The position numbers and the translations under genes were made by a program. Under the pieces are notes generated by a model. It was not told the origin of the DNA and searched no databases. It saw nothing but the letters and a program-made list of their open reading frames with translations. 64,000 bases of DNA from Nitrospinales bacterium (GTDB lineage Bacteria; Nitrospinota; Nitrospinia; Nitrospinales; VA-1): assembly GCA_965262115.1 (NCBI GenBank), contig OZ253496.1:1920001-1984000 (forward strand). Direction: 5' to 3'. Numbering within the stretch: position 1 is the first letter of the stretch; each line of letters starts with the position of its first letter. This document shows, one piece after another, positions 1 to 10,932 of this stretch.

Positions 1-2
1 AA

Positions 3-686
3 GCCATAGAAATTATTGTAGCCCTACAGACTCGCGTCACCCGGAACATGCGGCCTGATTGTCCTGCCTATGCGCTGAAGTTTGATGTTGAAAAACTGAT
101 GTGGGAAATGGACTTCATGATAAAACATTATATTCAGGGATTCCTGAAGCGTGGATTAAATCAGGACGAAGAGTCGAAAGTCCGGACAGCCTTGCTTGGA
201 CTCTGCGAAACCCTGGCCGAAGAAGAAAAGGTTTTTGTTCACCGGGATTTTCATTCAAGAAATTTGATGATCCTGAAAGACGACCTTCTGCTCCTTGATT
301 TCCAGGATGCCCGGATGGGACCACGCCAATATGATCTGGTATCCCTTTTGAAAGATTCGTATGTTGTTCTGAAAGAAAACACCCGCAATGAATTGCTGAG
401 CTATTACCTTCAGCGTATGGAGCAGGAAGAAGGCCGAAAAATTCCCCATTCTCCTTTCCTGAAAATTTTTGATTGGATGTCAATCCAGAGAAACCTGAAA
501 GCCGTCGGCACCTTCGCGTTTCAATATATGGAACATAAGAATGAACGATACCTGGATTACATTGATCCTACTTTGCAATACATCCGGGGCACCATCCGTT
601 CCCGGCCAGATTTGGAACCACTCGGCCAGGTTTTAAAGCAGGCGATTCCAAAACTCAACATAGATACCGGAATTAATCCGCCATGA
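3..686 (+). CDS. Aminoglycoside-phosphotransferase-family kinase (AmgK-like), 5'-truncated by window edge
   Basis: HRDFHSRN catalytic loop, DFQDA..GP..YDLVSLL and QRNLKAVG motifs; frame open from position 3. Confidence 0.8.
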   Translation, partial: AIEIIVALQTRVTRNMRPDCPAYALKFDVEKLMWEMDFMIKHYIQGFLKRGLNQDEESKVRTALLGLCETLAEEEKVFVHRDFHSRNLMILKDDLLLLDFQDARMGPRQYDLVSLLKDSYVVLKENTRNELLSYYLQRMEQEEGRKIPHSPFLKIFDWMSIQRNLKAVGTFAFQYMEHKNERYLDYIDPTLQYIRGTIRSRPDLEPLGQVLKQAIPKLNIDTGINPP

Positions 687-1783
687 TGATCCTCAAAAAA
701 TATGTATTGTTCATGTTCCTAAAAGTCTATCTGCTAACCGTAGGTGGTTTGATCGGGATTTATTTGATCATTGATTTTTTCGAGCGGGTGGATGAGTTCA
801 TGGTGAAAGACGCTCCGCTTATTGATCTTGTCTCTTATTATGTTTACAAAATACCTTTCATTGCCGGCTATATGGCACCCCAAAGCGTACTTTTGGCGAC
901 AGTCATCACACTCGCCTCGCTGTCAAGGCAAAATGAGTTCACCGCCATGAAAGCCTGCGGCATCAGTGTCACCGGCATCACATTCCCCATCATCGGTGCA
1001 TCGGTTGTTATTGCTTTCCTGGTATTAGCCTCTAGCGAATATCTTGCCCCCATCACTAACCAAAAAATGAATTATATTTTTTATAGCAAGGTTCGGGGAA
1101 ATGTAACCTATGGGAAAATAGCAAAAAAGAATCTATGGTTCAAAGCTAAGGACCATGCTATTTGGAGTGTTGACTCCTTTGACCCGAAGAAATTCATCCT
1201 GCAGGGGGTCATCATTTTAATGCCGGATGAAGGCTTTGGAATCAAACAGAGAATCGATGCCCAGAGCGCTATCTGGTCGGTGGACAAATGGTATTTCATT
1301 GATGGATACGTTCGTCACTTTAACAAGGAAGATCTGGTGTCCACAGAATTCTTCGAGAGCCGGTCGTTTCCGGTTTCTGAAATCCCGAAAGATTTTACCA
1401 AGGTAATAAGAAGACCGGAAGAACTGAGCCTTCGGGAAATGTACGCGACCATTCAGTTGTATGCTCAGGAAGGCAAGGACACTTCGCAAAAATGGATCGA
1501 TCTGCATCGCAACCTGTCTTATCCTTTCATCAGCGTTGTTTTAGCCTTTCTGGCGATTCCCTTATCATTGAGATCGAGCAGGCATGGAGGCCTGCTGTTT
1601 TGTGTGGGGGTGAACCTGGCAATGGGGTTTGCTTTCTCTTTCCTCTACGCCCTCAGCATTTCTCTTGGCCGAGGGGGAACCTTTGATCCAATTCTGTCCG
1701 CATGGGGACCCAACCTGCTGTTCACAGCTCTTGGATTTTATTTATTGCTCACCATGGACAGTGAAAAGGCTTTCCCGATTTAA
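683..1783 (+). CDS. lptG: LPS export ABC transporter permease, LptF/LptG family
   Basis: 3+3 TM layout around a periplasmic domain, LSRQNEFTAMKACGIS motif, AWGPN C-terminal motif. Confidence 0.8.
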   Translation: MMILKKYVLFMFLKVYLLTVGGLIGIYLIIDFFERVDEFMVKDAPLIDLVSYYVYKIPFIAGYMAPQSVLLATVITLASLSRQNEFTAMKACGISVTGITFPIIGASVVIAFLVLASSEYLAPITNQKMNYIFYSKVRGNVTYGKIAKKNLWFKAKDHAIWSVDSFDPKKFILQGVIILMPDEGFGIKQRIDAQSAIWSVDKWYFIDGYVRHFNKEDLVSTEFFESRSFPVSEIPKDFTKVIRRPEELSLREMYATIQLYAQEGKDTSQKWIDLHRNLSYPFISVVLAFLAIPLSLRSSRHGGLLFCVGVNLAMGFAFSFLYALSISLGRGGTFDPILSAWGPNLLFTALGFYLLLTMDSEKAFPI

Positions 1784-1884
1784 TGTTGAATCCCACAAAT
1801 GGGTTTTATTCCCCGTGGCTTTCTACGTCTTTTAAAATTACTCTTTATCAGGATACCTCATCCACTTGCAGCGGGATTGCTCAT

Positions 1885-2817
1885 TTGAAAAAAATCGCTT
1901 CCATTGATATTGGTTCCAACACCGTTCGACTTCTGATTCTGGAATTTGACGAGAACCGGGATTTCCGCATCCTTGCATCCCGAATGGTGATCACCCGTCT
2001 TGGTGAAGGGATGGACATCCACGGGAAACTGATGGAGCCTCGAATATCTGCAACCCTCTCGGCTTTATCTACATTCCGTCAGGACTGCCTGGATCATGGC
2101 AACCCTCCCTTACACGCTGTGGCCACCAGTGCCGTGCGGGAGGCCTCCAACGGTCAAGAGTTTGTCCGACTTGCCCAAGAAGAAACCAACATCGAAATTG
2201 AAATCATCCCCTGGGAAGAAGAAGCCCGCCTAACCCTGGAAGGCGTTTTCTGGAAAATACCACATGAAAACCGCAAGATTCTCACTATCGATATCGGTGG
2301 CGGCAGTTCCGAGTTCATACTCTCTGAAGGAAAAAATATCGTCGGCTTTTGCAGTAGCTCTTTAGCAGTGGTGAGGCTGACAGAAAAATTTATCCACCAG
2401 CATCCGGTTGATAATGCAGAGTACGAAAACCTGACCACCCACTTAAGAAACGAATTGCAAGCGATCAAGAAAAAACTCTCGGTCTTCATGCCGCAGGTAT
2501 TGATCGGTACGGCGGGGACCGTCACCACATTAGCCGCTTTAAAAGAAAATATTTACCCTTATGATCCCGAAAAAATTCATGGCGCATTATTACCCCGGTC
2601 GGACATCGAATCCCTGATCCAGGACCTGAAAAAAAAGTCTCTCAACGAACGGTTGGCGTTAAAGCCTCTTGAACAGGGCCGGGAAGATTTGATCATAGCG
2701 GGCACGGCAATCGTTTTGGAAACCATGCGGATATTTCAATGCGATCCCTTGATAGTCAGCGAATACAGCCTGCGGGAAGGAATCATCCTGAAATCCTTAG
2801 AAGCCGGGGCTCCCTGA
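1885..2817 (+). CDS. Ppx/GppA family phosphatase
   Basis: IDIGSNTVRL, ATSAVREA, DIGGGSSE and LREG motifs; TTG at 1885 likely start (ORF open from 1783). Confidence 0.88.
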   Translation: MKKIASIDIGSNTVRLLILEFDENRDFRILASRMVITRLGEGMDIHGKLMEPRISATLSALSTFRQDCLDHGNPPLHAVATSAVREASNGQEFVRLAQEETNIEIEIIPWEEEARLTLEGVFWKIPHENRKILTIDIGGGSSEFILSEGKNIVGFCSSSLAVVRLTEKFIHQHPVDNAEYENLTTHLRNELQAIKKKLSVFMPQVLIGTAGTVTTLAALKENIYPYDPEKIHGALLPRSDIESLIQDLKKKSLNERLALKPLEQGREDLIIAGTAIVLETMRIFQCDPLIVSEYSLREGIILKSLEAGAP

Positions 2818-2876
2818 CACTGACCTCATATTTCCCATAAAACGCTGACTAAAAAGAGCTTGAGGGTTGATTGAAT

Positions 2877-2905
2877 TTGACTTCAAGGTCCATTTCAGAT
2901 ATGGT
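2877..2905 (+). promoter_or_regulatory. sigma70-like promoter of ilvB
   Basis: TTGACT-17 bp-TATGGT just upstream of ATG 2917. Confidence 0.45.
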
Positions 2906-2916
2906 TTTCCATCACC

Positions 2917-4716
2917 ATGACTACTAAAAAGAATTCCGCAAAGAAACTGGTTTCCATCAAGAGATCTCCGAAATCTTCAGGGCACCCCATGAAAGGTCGG
3001 GATATTCTGGTTAAAGCTCTCGAGAATGAGGGAGTCAAAGTTATTTTTGGCTATCCTGGCGGAGCTTCCATGGAAATCCATCAAGGACTGACCCTGACTA
3101 AGAAAATACGCATGGTTCTGCCCCGCCACGAACAAGGCGGTTCCTTCGCGGCAGGGGGCTATGCCCGTGCCACCGGAGAAGTCGGGGTTTGCCTTGCAAC
3201 ATCGGGTCCCGGAGCCACCAACCTGATCACCGGCATCATCGATGCCAAGATGGATTCCATTCCCCTTGTCGCCATCACCGGCCAGGTACCCAGTATGGTT
3301 CTAGGCAGTGACGCGTTTCAGGAAACCGACATCATGGGGGCCACGTTCCCGCTGGTTAAGCACAGCTATATGATCCAGAATGTCGCGGAAATTCCACGGA
3401 TCGTTAATGAGGCATTCCATATTGCCCGGACCGGCAGACCCGGCCCGGTTCTGATCGATATTCCTAAAGATATTCAACAGCAGGAAGGCATCGCTGATTT
3501 TGACGTTTCGTTTGATGTTCCCAGCTATCGGCCCAACGTAAAGCCCTCGATCCTGCAATGTAAAAAAGCGGCGCACGCTATTCAAACTGCAAAACGTCCA
3601 CTGATTTACGCGGGGGGCGGCATCATCAGCAGTGGGGCTTCGGAAGACCTGCGGACCTTTATTAAAAAAACCGGCATCCCCGTCACCACTACGGTAATGG
3701 GTTTGGGGGCAATCCCCTCCAACGATCCACTTTCTTTACGCATGCTGGGAATGCACGGAGCGGTTTATGCCAATATCGCTATCAACCACGCCGATCTGGT
3801 TATCGCCATGGGTGTGCGTTTTGATGACCGGGTCACCGGCAAACTTGCAGAATTCTGTAAAAACGCACAGTTCATTCATATTGATATCGACCCAACGGAA
3901 ATAAATAAAAATATTCTGATCGACATCCCCATTCAGGGAGACGTTAAGCAGGCGTTGAAAATTCTCCACGGCTATGTCGAACCCAAGAAAGATATCAAGC
4001 CATGGATCAAACAAATACAAGACTGGAAAAAGGAATTCCCCCTGGGGTTTAAACTTAAGAAGGGCGAAATTGTTCCGGAATCTGTCGTCGCCGAAATCAA
4101 CAAGCTCGCGGCCAAGGACGCAATATTTTCCGTCGGGGTCGGGCAACACCAGATGTGGGCGGCTCAGTTTCTCGATTTCGACAAACCCAATAACTGGTTG
4201 TGTTCATCCGGCTTGGGGGCAATGGGATATGGACTGCCCGCCGCCATGGGAGCTCAGGTTGCGTTTCCCGACCGGCAGGTGATCAACATTGAAGGGGATG
4301 GAAGTTTTCTGATGAATATTCAGGAACTGCAAACCCTGAAAATAGAAAATATCCCGGTAAAAAATATTGTTCTCAACAACGCTCATCTAGGAATGGTGGC
4401 CCAATGGGAAGACCGTTTTTACAAATCCCTTCGCGGCCATACTTTCATCGGCGATGCCAACTTTGCCGAAGTAGCGCACGCTTTTGGAATCAAGTCTGAA
4501 AGTATTACCGATCAGAAAGATGTTGTTCCGGCTTTAAAGCGCATGCTCAAACACAAAGGCCCCTATGTCCTGGATGTGAAGTATCCTTATAACGACAAAG
4601 CCCATGGACATGTCATGCCGATGATTCCAGCGAATCACACTTATCTGGATACCTGTCTGGATGCATCCACCTCGCTTCGGGATTACTGGAAAAAGAAAGG
4701 TCTGCTGGAAGAATGA
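2917..4716 (+). CDS. ilvB: Acetolactate synthase large subunit
   Basis: FGYPGG, RHEQG, TSGPGATN, RFDDRVTG, GQHQMW and GDGSFLMN TPP motif. Confidence 0.95.
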   Translation: MTTKKNSAKKLVSIKRSPKSSGHPMKGRDILVKALENEGVKVIFGYPGGASMEIHQGLTLTKKIRMVLPRHEQGGSFAAGGYARATGEVGVCLATSGPGATNLITGIIDAKMDSIPLVAITGQVPSMVLGSDAFQETDIMGATFPLVKHSYMIQNVAEIPRIVNEAFHIARTGRPGPVLIDIPKDIQQQEGIADFDVSFDVPSYRPNVKPSILQCKKAAHAIQTAKRPLIYAGGGIISSGASEDLRTFIKKTGIPVTTTVMGLGAIPSNDPLSLRMLGMHGAVYANIAINHADLVIAMGVRFDDRVTGKLAEFCKNAQFIHIDIDPTEINKNILIDIPIQGDVKQALKILHGYVEPKKDIKPWIKQIQDWKKEFPLGFKLKKGEIVPESVVAEINKLAAKDAIFSVGVGQHQMWAAQFLDFDKPNNWLCSSGLGAMGYGLPAAMGAQVAFPDRQVINIEGDGSFLMNIQELQTLKIENIPVKNIVLNNAHLGMVAQWEDRFYKSLRGHTFIGDANFAEVAHAFGIKSESITDQKDVVPALKRMLKHKGPYVLDVKYPYNDKAHGHVMPMIPANHTYLDTCLDASTSLRDYWKKKGLLEE

Positions 4717-4836
4717 AATTGCGTAGCCCGGCCTAGCTGAAAAAATTTCCTGAACAGAAAATTATTTTTGAGGTGGATGCGGCTTTCGAAGCCTGTCAAC
4801 TCATGGGAAAACCCTGACTCTTTTAATCGGAACACT

Positions 4837-5712
4837 TTCATGCCACTCACTGAAGCAACAAAACATAAACTCGATACGTTGATCCGGTTTATGATCTGGG
4901 TGGACCTCACCATCCTGCTGTTGTATTTTTTGAGCAGCCAGTTTGGCGTTTCATTCCCTTTTCCCCTTCCAGGGAAAAAGCTGAATAATCCACTGGCCCT
5001 GCTTTTACTGCTATTTTCCATACGCCTGACATTGAATGTTCCGTTTCGTAAACGCCACCTTACTGGGACTCCTCATCGATTTTATTTTTCGCTTTTTTAA
5101 TCATTATACAATTAGCCCTTCAAATTATGTGGTTAACCTCGGCTCCCGACGACTTTCGCTGGAGTTTGGATGCCGAACAGGGCTACGGCACCCATTTTTC
5201 TGCCGTCCAGCTCTATATTCTGGGTCTCCTCGTGGTGATGACGGCTTGGGCCGATTACGGCAAGGAAGCCGGTTGGAAAGAAAAACTGCCCTGGTATCTG
5301 GTCGCCAGTGTTTATTTTTATATCGGCCTGGATGATTGTATCGGCATCCACGACAATATTTCATGGATCCGGAGCGTGCTCCCTGAGTCAATAGTCTTTC
5401 ACTTCGTTTACGAATGGTTATGGCTCTATGCCCCTGTTGCTATGGCTGTGGTGGTTTTTCTCAGCGGCTTTCTTTTTACAGAAATTCCGTTATTCCCCAT
5501 GGATCCTTACCACAATGTTTGTAGCTTTAACTCTCTGGGTATCGGTTCTTCTGTTTGAAGGACTGGCCAAAAATATTGTATACCCGATGGGGCCAGACTG
5601 GAAACAGTTGTTAATCGGTGCTGAGGAAGGATTTGAAATGTTAGGGGCAACCCTCTTTATGCTGGGGTTCAGCCAGCATCTTAAAAATATCGCGGAGAAC
5701 CTCCGCAGGTGA
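4837..5712 (+). pseudogene. Fragmented multi-pass membrane protein
   Basis: Three consecutive hydrophobic + ORFs (4768-5100, 5127-5558, 5428-5712) that read as one protein across frameshifts; start approximate. Confidence 0.55.
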
Positions 5713-5740
5713 ATTGCAATAGCTTTTTACCCCTCCAGGG

Positions 5741-6643
5741 CTAGTGGTTCAAACTGTATTCCAGATAAGCGCGTTCGATATTCGCGTCCAGCCAGTTCAG
5801 GTTTTTCCAGCCTTTATATTTTTCCATCAAAACCGGCCGGACCGCATCCTGAGTTTCCTTGAGGGACTTGCCATTTTCCAACTGTTTGAGAACCATTCCT
5901 TTAAGATTAAACAGGTAGTGTTTCATCGCCAGGAACACCGGCTTGCCGCCCGGCTCACCGTGGCCCGGAATATAAATTTCCGCATCCAGGTTGCCCAACT
6001 TGTTCATGGCAGAAAGCCAATCCTCTATATAAGCGTCTCCCATGTACGGAATTTTTCCGTTAAAAACCAAATCGCCGGTAATCAGGGTCTTCAGTTCCTC
6101 AATATAAATGAACAAGTCCCCATCCGTGTGCCCCCGCACGTGAATCAGCTGTAAATTATACCCGCCGACAAAGATTTCCATTCTTTCCTTAAAAATCATA
6201 TTTGGCGGAGTGATGACCGTCTCATCCATTCCGGGAATATTCATGGTCTTAAAAAAATCCAGATGCTCCTTGCCGGAAGAACCCATCAGGCTCCTGCGAA
6301 CATTTTCATGGGCAATGATGGCCCGGCTGTCTTTAAATATCTGGTTACCAAAAGTGTGGTCCCCGTGATAATGCGTGTTGATCGTATAAAGGATGGGAAG
6401 ATCGGTTCGCTTGCGAATTTCTGCCAGCACTTTTTCTGCTTTCTTCGGGGTCACCCGGGTATCCACCACAACGACTCCGTCACGGGTGATGAGAAAGGTG
6501 GTGTTCGAATCTATCCCATCTCCATTCACAACTGTGAAAAGGTTCTTCCACACCTCAACGGTTTTAGAACCTTCCGCGCTGCAAACCCCGCCCAGAACGC
6601 TGACAAACAACGCTAAGCCGACCAGCCATCTTAATCCCACCAT
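5741..6643 (-). CDS. Secreted MBL-fold metallo-hydrolase
   Basis: THYHGDH, GHT.GD, GDL and PGHG motifs; signal peptide from ATG 6643. Confidence 0.88.
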   Translation of the reverse strand: MVGLRWLVGLALFVSVLGGVCSAEGSKTVEVWKNLFTVVNGDGIDSNTTFLITRDGVVVVDTRVTPKKAEKVLAEIRKRTDLPILYTINTHYHGDHTFGNQIFKDSRAIIAHENVRRSLMGSSGKEHLDFFKTMNIPGMDETVITPPNMIFKERMEIFVGGYNLQLIHVRGHTDGDLFIYIEELKTLITGDLVFNGKIPYMGDAYIEDWLSAMNKLGNLDAEIYIPGHGEPGGKPVFLAMKHYLFNLKGMVLKQLENGKSLKETQDAVRPVLMEKYKGWKNLNWLDANIERAYLEYSLNH

Positions 6644-6775
6644 ATCAATCTCCCAGTTAACACCTAATTGTTTTGGAAACGAGGCGCATGGTAGCATTTC
6701 CCCTCTTTCCCGGCAACCACTAGCCGCCACTGGGCGTGGAGGCAATGAGCAAAAGCTCGTTGCGAAAGCAGGAAT

Positions 6776-6888
6776 TTCCCCTCCCTTCATAGGGAGGGGT
6801 TAGGGGAGGGTTGGATTATGGATCGTCAAAAATAATCCACACCCCTCCGCGGCTACGCCTTGCCTCCCATCATGAGAAGGGAGGATCA
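6776..6888. repeat. CCCCTCCC/GGGAGGGG palindromic intergenic repeat; inverted copy at 19467-19580, partial copies near 12309 and 49577-49999
   Basis: ccacacccctccgcggctacgccttgcctcc here is the reverse complement of ggaggcaaggcgtagccgcggaggggtgtgg at ~19488. Confidence 0.8.
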
Positions 6889-6957
6889 ATGAGAGTCCCG
6901 GTTTTTATGCCTTTCTCGCTCCTTTAACCCTTTGAACAATTATGTTAATTTAGGGAT

Positions 6958-7413
6958 ATGGAGGCCTTGAGCAAAAAGAAATATGATTTTCTTTTGTATC
7001 TGTTGGAAGAAGGCGACGCCATGGTTTGCCTCGACGCCCGGCTCCCGGAAGTGGATGTTCCAGCGGACCAAAAAGATAATTCATCGCTGAACCTGATATT
7101 CAACCTTAATTTCAGGCGCCCGCTTGAAATAACAGAAGAAGGGATTTTTGCCACGCTGGCCTTCAATGGAAGACCCCATAAATGCGCCCTGCCCTTTGAC
7201 GCAGTATGGGCCATATACGACCCAAAAATGAAGAACGGCCAGGTGTGGGAGGAAAGCATCCCGGAAGATATGAATTTGGCGGATCAGGTGATGGGTGACC
7301 TGCCGGCAAAACCCAAGTCAAAACTGAAATCCGTGAAATCCAGCAGCAAACCTTCCAAGGACATCAAAACCGAAGGCAAGCGCGACCGCAGCCACCTTCG
7401 AGTCATCAAATAA
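6958..7413 (+). CDS. SspB-like ClpXP specificity factor
   Basis: ATLAFNG...ALPFDAVWAIY core and C-terminal RSHLRVIK ClpX-binding-type tail. Confidence 0.75.
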   Translation: MEALSKKKYDFLLYLLEEGDAMVCLDARLPEVDVPADQKDNSSLNLIFNLNFRRPLEITEEGIFATLAFNGRPHKCALPFDAVWAIYDPKMKNGQVWEESIPEDMNLADQVMGDLPAKPKSKLKSVKSSSKPSKDIKTEGKRDRSHLRVIK

Positions 7414-7503
7414 TTGTTCGGGACCGTTACCATATCCTTTACAAAGGTTTGAGGATAGATTACACTTTGCCTCTGCTTAATTTGGCCGAGATCGAAAAAT
7501 CAT

Positions 7504-7580
7504 GGTGGGCGTAGCTCAGTTGGTAGAGCTCTGGATTGTGGCTCCAGTGGTCGCGGGTTCAAGTCCCGTCGCTCACCCCA
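7504..7580 (+). tRNA. tRNA-His (GTG)
   Basis: Cloverleaf with G-1, TAGCTCAG D-arm, anticodon loop TTGTGGC, GGTTCAAGTCC T-arm, encoded CCA. Confidence 0.95.
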
Positions 7581-7651
7581 TTTTTACTAAGAGGGGGGAT
7601 GTTGAATATGCTCCACACAGCTAATGCGGAATATATTCAACATAGACGAAA

Positions 7652-8099
7652 ATGTCAAGAACAATTCTTGAAAAAATTTCATTAGGAAAACGAATCAAGT
7701 TTTCCAGGGAACATGCCAACCTAACCCAAGCGGATTTGGCAAGCCAAACCATCGAACAAGGACTTAGGCCTCATAGAAACCGGGTTCACACCATCACCTG
7801 TGACAACGGGCTGGAGTTTGCCGAACACCAGAAAATGGCGCAAACCCTGTCGGCTAATATCTACTTTGCCCATCCTTATGCTTCTTGGGAACGGGGCCTG
7901 AACGAAAACACCAATGGACTCATTCAACAATATTTACCAAAATCACAGCCCCTGAATAACATCACCGAAAAGAAACTGAGCACCATCATGGATCAACTCA
8001 ATCATCGACCCAGAAAAACACTGGGTTGTAAAACACCTTATGAGCTATTCTTTAAAAAATAAACTTTACTAACTGTTGCACTTACTAGTTGAATCCACC
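7652..8099 (+). mobile_element. Truncated XRE-type HTH start fused to IS30-family transposase C-terminal fragment with right end
   Basis: LGKRIKFSREHANLTQADLA (HTH) followed by TITCDNGLEF, AHPYASWERGLNENTNGL, LNHRPRKTLG; IS30-type end gttgcacttactagttgaatccacc at 8075-8099. Confidence 0.82.
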
Positions 8100-8992
8100 C
8101 TGCAAAATAAAGTGAACAAGGCAATCAAAAGCATCCATTTGCTATGCTTTGCATTTTGTTCATTGCCCTCGGTAATGTCTTTAGCCATTCCCACTCCAAG
8201 ATCATTTAAGTTTTTTATTAAAGAGGAAGCATTATCATTTACATCATTGAGTTTGTTTAAATGAGCTTCAATTTTTTCCAGGAGTTCATTGCTTTCATGA
8301 ACAGGATTTATTAGAGGCGTAATATTTGGCAAATGAGGCCGTGGCGAGACTTTCATTTCATGCACAATAGAATGAATGGGAGATTCTAAAGATTTTCCTA
8401 GCCTTGCAGATAGATCAAGGTTTTCTTTATAAAGCCGATTGGTTGTTTTTGATAATAAATCTTGAAATGCCGATGGTTTAAATGCTTTGGAAAAACCTTC
8501 CGTTAGACCTTTAAATTTTTCTCGAAATGTCTTGGCAGTTTCCGAAAAGTGTTGTCTTTGTTTTATGAGGAGATTTTTTAAATGCTGTAAGTGATCCTCT
8601 TCAATGGATTTTTCGACATAGAATTCTTTTTCATCGAGTTGGAATTGAATGTCAATAAAAATTTTTGCAATTTCTAAAAGCCCTTCATCGCTTAATTGGT
8701 TGAGATCTGATTCATTTAGGGAGGTTTCAATTTGTTCGTCCAATCCATCTTTTTCAAATTTTTTGGTAATTATAGAAAATAATTTGATTGCCAATTCCTT
8801 TGAATCTATATCATTGAGATTGAGAACTTTGTCTTCTAGTTCGCATAATGCATTTGTTGATAAAATCCCAATGAGCAGCCTCCCTAACTTCTCAGACTTA
8901 AATCCGAAATTTAAAGAAATGGCATGCTTTAAAGCAGCATCCAAAATCTTTGACCCCTCTCCTTTATTCTCATCCGCCGGTTTGCTCATCAA
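8069..8992 (-). CDS. Hypothetical low-GC helical protein, C-terminus cut by the IS30 end
   Basis: 307-aa AT-rich ORF; C-terminal hydrophobic segment runs into the IS30 terminal repeat. Confidence 0.6.
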   Translation of the reverse strand: MMSKPADENKGEGSKILDAALKHAISLNFGFKSEKLGRLLIGILSTNALCELEDKVLNLNDIDSKELAIKLFSIITKKFEKDGLDEQIETSLNESDLNQLSDEGLLEIAKIFIDIQFQLDEKEFYVEKSIEEDHLQHLKNLLIKQRQHFSETAKTFREKFKGLTEGFSKAFKPSAFQDLLSKTTNRLYKENLDLSARLGKSLESPIHSIVHEMKVSPRPHLPNITPLINPVHESNELLEKIEAHLNKLNDVNDNASSLIKNLNDLGVGMAKDITEGNEQNAKHSKWMLLIALFTLFCRVDSTSKCNS

Positions 8993-9153
8993 AACACTCT
9001 TTCAGAATTCGTTGAAAATATTTGCACTCCAATTAAAGGTACATAGCAGGGGATAAAAAGTCAATGTGATGGGAAACGCCTGGGAGGAATTTTAGGCTAA
9101 AAACAGGGGCGCTATAACTTCAACAAATTCAAAAATCGTAGAACCACTGGATC

Positions 9154-9301
9154 TACCCATGCTGGGCACGAAGTTAATGTTGGGGATATCACGTATACCT
9201 CCCGGGCACGAAGTCTAAGGTGGAATATAATGCGCTCACGAAAGCTTTGGTTGGGATTATTACCCTTTCAGGGCATGAAGGTTAAGGTTGGGAATATAAC
9301 G
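9154..9301 (+). repeat. Cluster of 3-4 copies of the ~40-bp TACCC..GGGCAYGAAG..ATCAC unit
   Basis: Units at 9154-9193, 9196-9232, partial 9233-9260, 9261-9301. Confidence 0.8.
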
Positions 9302-9305
9302 CCAA

Positions 9306-9323
9306 CTCCAGTGGTCGCGGGTT
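9306..9323 (+). repeat. 18-bp direct repeat of tRNA-His (att-like)
   Basis: ctccagtggtcgcgggtt is identical to 7542-7559. Confidence 0.7.
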
Positions 9324-9343
9324 GCAGGCCCCACCCTTTAGTT

Positions 9344-9883
9344 TCATTTTAATTTTTCCAAAAGGGCTAGCAAAAGGATTTTGGAATCATTTTTGCCCTT
9401 TTCATCGTTTTCTCTGTCGGCGATAGATTCGGCTTTTCTTATATGTTCAATTGCCTTGGAGCCGTTTTTTACCGCGTCGTACTCTCGTGCCAGGTTGTAA
9501 TGCACTTGAAAATCATCTGGGTTAAGGTCAAGGGCCTTACGGTGTTGTTCAATGGCTTTTTCTCATTCTCCCTGTTCTTCATAAATAAGACCAAGATTAA
9601 AATAGACTTTGGCATAATCCGGGTCGAGCTTTAAAATCTCCTGGCAAATGGCGATGGAATCGTCGTACCGCTTAAGCTTCCTGTAGGTAATGGACAGCCC
9701 ATGCATTGCCTTTTTATTTTTTGGGTTGAGGTGTATCGATGTTTCATAAGCCTCAGCATCCTCTTTCAGAAATTTCCCCTTGCGGCAGGCCAATCCTAAT
9801 TGGAAGTAAACTTCCGCGTCCTGGGGATGTTGCTCGACCGCTTTCCGGCAAGCTTGGATTTTTTTTTCATGCTGGTCCTTCAT
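9344..9883 (-). pseudogene. TPR protein, frameshifted near 9563
   Basis: TPR motifs (AKVYFNLGLIY) continue in another frame as EKAIEQHRKALDLNPDDFQVHYNLA. Confidence 0.7.
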
Positions 9884-10084
9884 GGGTCCGTATATCTCCG
9901 GTGACTTGCCACACTTTGACTACAGTGTTAAAGCAGTTAGGGTATCCATTTAAGATGACTTTCCCAATAGATTTCCTCATTCCATGGCATTCCATTCAAG
10001 CAGGCCCAATTTTCAGCATATCAATTCACTTTAATTTTAGCTAAAATTTACAATATCCCATCCGTCAAATCTTAACCACTACAA

Positions 10085-10420
10085 ATGAGTAATGAAACCC
10101 TACAGTCTATTTCTTCTTCAAAAAGAAGGTTTTTTTTATTCCATCCCTACAGTGGCGCTTTAATTATTGCTATGGATTGGGTATTTTTTGGTGTGGAAGC
10201 TGGTACTTTGGGTTTGAGTATACCGGTTATGTCTCTACTAGCATTTGCAACAACACTACTAGGGGTTTTCACTATTCAAATCAAACTAGCTAAAGATAAT
10301 TAGGCAATAGCCCTTGTGAAAGGTGTTTTGGGAGGGTTTGTTGCAGGCATCCCACCCATTGCGGGAACATTTATAGGAGCATTAATACTGGCATTATCTG
10401 GCTTATCAACGAAAAAATAA
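10085..10420 (+). pseudogene. Small membrane protein with internal TAG (10301-10303)
   Basis: Hydrophobic frame continues past the stop (AIALVKGVLGGFVAGIP...) to TAA at 10418-10420. Confidence 0.55.
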
Positions 10421-10431
10421 GGGGGCGAACA

Positions 10432-10932
10432 TTGAAGCCAGGCAGTTTTCATTTTTTAGCAGGGGTGTTTCTTATCTTGGGCCTTATGCTATTCGGCCGG
10501 CCGGTGGAAATTTATGCCATAGAGGGGGCCTCGGGCTACGACTCGGTAGGCAACTACATCGACGAGGCCGCTATCGATGAAACACGCAACCAGAAACTGG
10601 CCGCACAACGCCTCCAGCAAAAGCATGACGAATACGTCGAAAAGATCAAAAATGATCCCGACAATTACCTCTACCATTTCTACCTTGGGAAGCTATACCT
10701 GGAGCTCGACCGCCCCCACGAAGCCATCGCCGCCTTCAAGGAAACCCTGCTCATCACACCCGGGGATGGAAAGGTGCATTACCAGATGGGAAAAGCCTAC
10801 AGCCAAGCCAAAAACAGCGAAAAGGCGGTCGAACATATCGAAACAGCTAGCCGCATCTTCAAGGAAAACCTCGACCTGCACTGGCAAACCAAGGCCCGAA
10901 ACCTCTTGAGACAGATCCAGGAGCAGAATTAA
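10432..10932 (+). CDS. Secreted TPR protein
   Basis: Signal peptide and two TPR-like repeats. Confidence 0.75.
   Translation: MKPGSFHFLAGVFLILGLMLFGRPVEIYAIEGASGYDSVGNYIDEAAIDETRNQKLAAQRLQQKHDEYVEKIKNDPDNYLYHFYLGKLYLELDRPHEAIAAFKETLLITPGDGKVHYQMGKAYSQAKNSEKAVEHIETASRIFKENLDLHWQTKARNLLRQIQEQN

Noticed and set aside
9154..9301. Possible CRISPR array from tandem ~40-bp repeats
   Set aside because: Units abut without unique spacers, are divergent and dispersed on both strands; no cas genes in the window
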